From: an uncultured virus (IMG/VR IMGVR_UViG_3300040733_000035)
Taxonomy: Duplodnaviria > Heunggongvirae > Uroviricota > Caudoviricetes
DNA length: 20,000 bases
Strand: one strand, 5' to 3'
IMG/VR virus record: IMGVR_UViG_3300040733_000035
A model generated the notes under the pieces. The model was not told the origin of the DNA and did no database searches. It saw only the letters and a program-made list of their open reading frames with translations. Within the stretch, counting starts at the first letter, position 1, and every line of letters starts with the position of its first letter. The position numbers and the translations under genes were made by a program. Shown one piece after another: positions 16,667 to 20,000 of this stretch.

Positions 16667-18967
16667 ATGACCGGAAAATGCAGTAGTTTGGACAATTTCG
16701 AAAAATCACTGACAGACGCAGCCAGTGAACAAAAACAAACAACGGGTAAAACAACGACACAACCAGAAAGGAGAAGTAATATAGCAACAATGGGGAAAAA
16801 TAAGATTGATGAAATATTAGACCCACTGCGAGAAATGGAAAAAAGAGCAGCGAAAAATATAGACGACCCGGAAGAAACAGCAGCAATTGCAAAGGAAAAA
16901 CAAGAGTACGGAGGTGACACGAAGCCAGGATCACCGGGAATGAGACTGAACGCCGCAATGGGTGATGCACAGGTTAAAGAATATCTAAAAACAGTGTCGA
17001 CAAATGAATACTCTAAAATGTATTCAGATATACAGGGATGGTTCGGTGGAGAATATGGGACACAAGGAGCAATGGGAAGACAACTTGAGAAAGCATACAA
17101 AAATGCAAGAGTGGAAAAACTCGGAGAATATTTGCCAGATACTGGAATGGGAAAAATATTAAAAGCAAAAACAAACGGAATCGCAGGACGAGGATTCATA
17201 CAAGACGGCGATTTGAAATTCTTCGATGCAGCAGATACGGCGATAGAAAAGATGGACGGAATAGTAAGCGGGAATGCTAGGAAAACATACAACGAATTGA
17301 AAAACGGACTTGGAAGGGAAACAACCGACGAATTGTTTAGTGAAAAGATAGCAGAAAACATACAAACACTTAGAAAACTATTACCGGACAACACATTCGC
17401 AGACAAGATGATAAAAAAATCACTGACAAGCGACGAAATGAAAGTGTTAAAGGAAATAGAATCAGGAAAACGGCCAATGGATGCAACATCATTTGAAGTA
17501 ATAAACAAAATGATAGAAAAAATATCGGACGATGGATGGAACGAAATAAATAAGATAACATCACCATTGGACGAACTGGACACAACCACGAAATCACAAA
17601 TACAAGCAAGAGGATGGACAAAGGCAAACAAAACAATTGCAGGACTCGGTGTAGCAGGAAGCGCGATATGGATAACAACGGTAACAATACCAGACAAACT
17701 AAACAATTGGGGGCAATTCGGATTGACAAATTCCGCAGAAATGTCAACATTGTTCGGGCAATTCGACAAGGACACGACTGCGGAGAGATTGTTACAACTG
17801 TGGTTTCCAACGGAGAAAAGAAAAGAGGCAATGGAATTGTGGTTAGACTCGGCGAAATATTACATTGGAATAATGGAAGCAGTATACAAAATACCAATAT
17901 ATGGTGAATGGTTGAAAGGAACAACATTTGTGGGATACTCATCGGCAGTATCATCACTCGGAAATCTAGACACAATAATGACAGCATTAGAAAACAGAGG
18001 ACTAGCAACAAGAGACGAAACAACAAAGTCGGGGTGGAGAGAAACAACAGAACAAGAAAGAAAGAACATATATGGAAAAAACGCAGAAAAACTATTCTCA
18101 AATGACGCCGAATGGGTAAACAAATATTTAAATGAAAAAAAGACAAATGTATACAAATCTGGTAAAAGCGGAAAAGAATTAACAGAAGCACAAGCAATGG
18201 CACTGTACTACGCCGAAAATGGAATGGCAGTGAAACTGTCAGATTTCGGATTGACAGCGAGCGACTTAAACGATGAATCACTGATGATAGCAGTAAGAAA
18301 GTATGGAGAAAACAGGGACACATCGAAAAAAAGTGAAAGCGAATCAAAATATTCACTAAACGAATTGACAAACATGGGACTAACATGTAATATGGGAAAC
18401 ACATGCACACAAGAAGATTATTCGAAAAACATAGCAAATGGATGGTTCGTGTATAAAGATAAAAACACAGGTTTAGCAACGTGGGGGCAACCAGGAGATA
18501 ATGTGGGAAACGTCGAGATACTAGAAAAAGGAATGCGAGACACCGTGGGATCAGGATTAACAGGAACAATTGGATCAGGGGGAAACGGAGGAACGGGAGG
18601 AGGAGAAATATATGCACGAAAAACAGACACTGCAGATAGCAGCAAAAAGACAAGAGCAAACCCAACAGTGTCACAACAACAATCGCTAGACCAAGTAAAA
18701 AACAATGAAAAAACACTAAGTTCAAAAGATGTAGATGCACTGAAGGTAAACGGTGTAGTAGACATAACAACCGCAAAGGAAAATGGAATACCAATACAAA
18801 ATTTGGCTGCAATCGACAGAGAAGCAACCGTAGGTGGATTTAAAACATACGCAGTAGATATGAAAAACACCAATAAAATAGACAAAAGCGATTACGAAGC
18901 AATGAAAAAAGAAGACGCTGCAGCAACAAGAGCTGCAATAAGAAGCGCATACGGATGTGATCAGTAA
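16667..18967 (+). CDS. Large hypothetical protein, about 766 aa, with one central hydrophobic/TM-like segment and a Gly-rich linker
   Basis: SD GGTGA before ATG 16667 (GTG 16658 is the alternative); TIAGLGVAGSAIWITTVTIP; GSGGNGGTGGG. Confidence 0.88.
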   Translation: MTGKCSSLDNFEKSLTDAASEQKQTTGKTTTQPERRSNIATMGKNKIDEILDPLREMEKRAAKNIDDPEETAAIAKEKQEYGGDTKPGSPGMRLNAAMGDAQVKEYLKTVSTNEYSKMYSDIQGWFGGEYGTQGAMGRQLEKAYKNARVEKLGEYLPDTGMGKILKAKTNGIAGRGFIQDGDLKFFDAADTAIEKMDGIVSGNARKTYNELKNGLGRETTDELFSEKIAENIQTLRKLLPDNTFADKMIKKSLTSDEMKVLKEIESGKRPMDATSFEVINKMIEKISDDGWNEINKITSPLDELDTTTKSQIQARGWTKANKTIAGLGVAGSAIWITTVTIPDKLNNWGQFGLTNSAEMSTLFGQFDKDTTAERLLQLWFPTEKRKEAMELWLDSAKYYIGIMEAVYKIPIYGEWLKGTTFVGYSSAVSSLGNLDTIMTALENRGLATRDETTKSGWRETTEQERKNIYGKNAEKLFSNDAEWVNKYLNEKKTNVYKSGKSGKELTEAQAMALYYAENGMAVKLSDFGLTASDLNDESLMIAVRKYGENRDTSKKSESESKYSLNELTNMGLTCNMGNTCTQEDYSKNIANGWFVYKDKNTGLATWGQPGDNVGNVEILEKGMRDTVGSGLTGTIGSGGNGGTGGGEIYARKTDTADSSKKTRANPTVSQQQSLDQVKNNEKTLSSKDVDALKVNGVVDITTAKENGIPIQNLAAIDREATVGGFKTYAVDMKNTNKIDKSDYEAMKKEDAAATRAAIRSAYGCDQ

Positions 18968-20000
18968 TGGCGTGTCCAATAACAATGCAACAACAAATTA
19001 AAAACGACCTGTTGGCAGGGGGGATGTCAGAAGAGCAGGCAGAAAGAGAACTGGCAACATTCATAACAACACCAGAAGATATACAACAGGGAATAGTAGA
19101 TGACAAAACACTCACAAACGTAGTAACAATGAATACGTATGGAGATCTGAAAAATACAGCAGCATCGAGTATAGCAGAAAAATGGAGTATAAATAAGGTA
19201 ATAAACAACGGATTACAAAAAGACACAGCAATTGTAAGCGAATACACTAAGAAAGGAATAGATATAAAAACTATAGATAATGTGCTGCATGGAAGAGATT
19301 GGACAGACATACCAATTGAAGACGGGAAAACCGAAAAAGAAACACAGCAAAATGCACAAGATTTGACAGCACTTGTAATGGCTGGACATCCAGAAGCAGT
19401 CAAATTCGTGAACGATGTTATAAATGCAGCATTCACAGGAAACGAAGACACAAAAAACATGGCAGTGGTGCTTTTAGACATATTAGGAAAAGGAGGGATG
19501 ACAGAAAAATATGGAACAACAAAACCAACCGGGAGAATAGAAAATTTCGCCAAATTCGCAGATGAAATATACAACGTATACTATGATAACATATATAACA
19601 TTCCACCAGACAAACTGAAAACAGAAGACGGAAATATAACATGGATAGATGGAATAGGAGGAAAACACAAAACAGTACTAACAGAAATGGGAGGGCAGGC
19701 AGTTTATGACCCATTAACAGGAAAAATGAGAACAATTACAGACGAATACATACAGCAAACAATACAGATAGACAAATACACGAAACTGGAATTAAACAAA
19801 GACGCATACGCAAAAGCTGTACTAGAATACGTCACGAACTTCATGAACACTCCGACAGAAGACAAAACGAAACTTGAAAAAATAGTACAAGAATTCAGCG
19901 AAAAAATAATGCCTAACATGGAAAATCCAGCAAACAACAGCTTAATGTGGGCGTGTACGGGATCAGGTTGTGTTGCTATGGAAGGAAGCGGTGGAGGCGG
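18967..20000 (+). CDS. 5' part of a large hypothetical protein (>344 aa; MACPITMQQQIKNDLLAGGMSEEQAERELATF...WACTGSGCVAMEGSGGG) running off the right edge
   Basis: Own translation: ATG 18967 overlaps the upstream TAA and the frame is open to 20000. Missing from the ORF track because it is truncated. Confidence 0.88.
   Translation, partial: MACPITMQQQIKNDLLAGGMSEEQAERELATFITTPEDIQQGIVDDKTLTNVVTMNTYGDLKNTAASSIAEKWSINKVINNGLQKDTAIVSEYTKKGIDIKTIDNVLHGRDWTDIPIEDGKTEKETQQNAQDLTALVMAGHPEAVKFVNDVINAAFTGNEDTKNMAVVLLDILGKGGMTEKYGTTKPTGRIENFAKFADEIYNVYYDNIYNIPPDKLKTEDGNITWIDGIGGKHKTVLTEMGGQAVYDPLTGKMRTITDEYIQQTIQIDKYTKLELNKDAYAKAVLEYVTNFMNTPTEDKTKLEKIVQEFSEKIMPNMENPANNSLMWACTGSGCVAMEGSGGG

Larger units (their letters stand above)
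1..20000. mobile_element. Segment of a putative archaeal virus or extrachromosomal element (virion-structure/regulatory region)
   Basis: Near-complete coding density with ORFans; RHH, wHTH and Zn-finger small genes; PEGA-like, Ig-like and giant proteins; archaeal TATA/SD/oligo-T signals; no cellular housekeeping genes. No hallmark gene (MCP, ATPase, terminase) positively identified. Confidence 0.75.

Noticed and set aside
11035..19937. Many long minus-strand ORFs (up to 485 aa) antisense to the giant genes
   Set aside because: F/L/S/V/C-rich shadow frames. The T-poor + strand rarely contains TTA/CTA/TCA, so antisense stops are depleted. No SD or promoter support.
1..20000. CRISPR arrays, tRNA/rRNA, IS elements, integrase, DGR or Borg-type tandem repeats
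   Set aside because: No regularly spaced or tandem repeats, no non-coding space large enough, and no transposase, recombinase or RT motifs seen by eye.

Overview
A gene-dense window (about 20 CDS, almost all ORFans) with archaeal-type expression signals: TATA boxes about 25 nt before apparently leaderless ATGs, GGAGG/GGTGA Shine-Dalgarno (SD) sites, TAATG/ATGA gene coupling and oligo-T terminators. No housekeeping genes are present. The best interpretation is part of an uncharacterised archaeal virus or extrachromosomal element, probably its virion-structure region. Layout: (i) a minus-strand gene truncated at the left edge with its own TATA and a strong SD, a capsid candidate missed by the ORF track; (ii) an RHH plus Zn-finger pair; (iii) a 7-gene coupled minus-strand operon (7127->966) with two paralogous helical-stalk + Ig-like proteins, one apparently starting at ATT; (iv) a plus-strand cluster of small regulators and Cys/His-rich proteins, including a compact ferredoxin:thioredoxin-reductase-like CPC-CPC-CxC motif; (v) a very basic 71-aa protein; (vi) an SNase nuclease fused to two PEGA-like domains; (vii) an operon of giant proteins (1898 aa with HhH-like repeats and a C-terminal Cys-His-Glu transglutaminase/papain-like domain, 766 aa, and >344 aa). 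The most striking global signal is an extreme A>>T excess on the + strand regardless of gene orientation, which gives the two strands' proteomes opposite amino-acid compositions. No replicase, integrase, packaging ATPase, terminase, tRNA or CRISPR array was recognised. All family calls are by-eye motif recognition, not database results.
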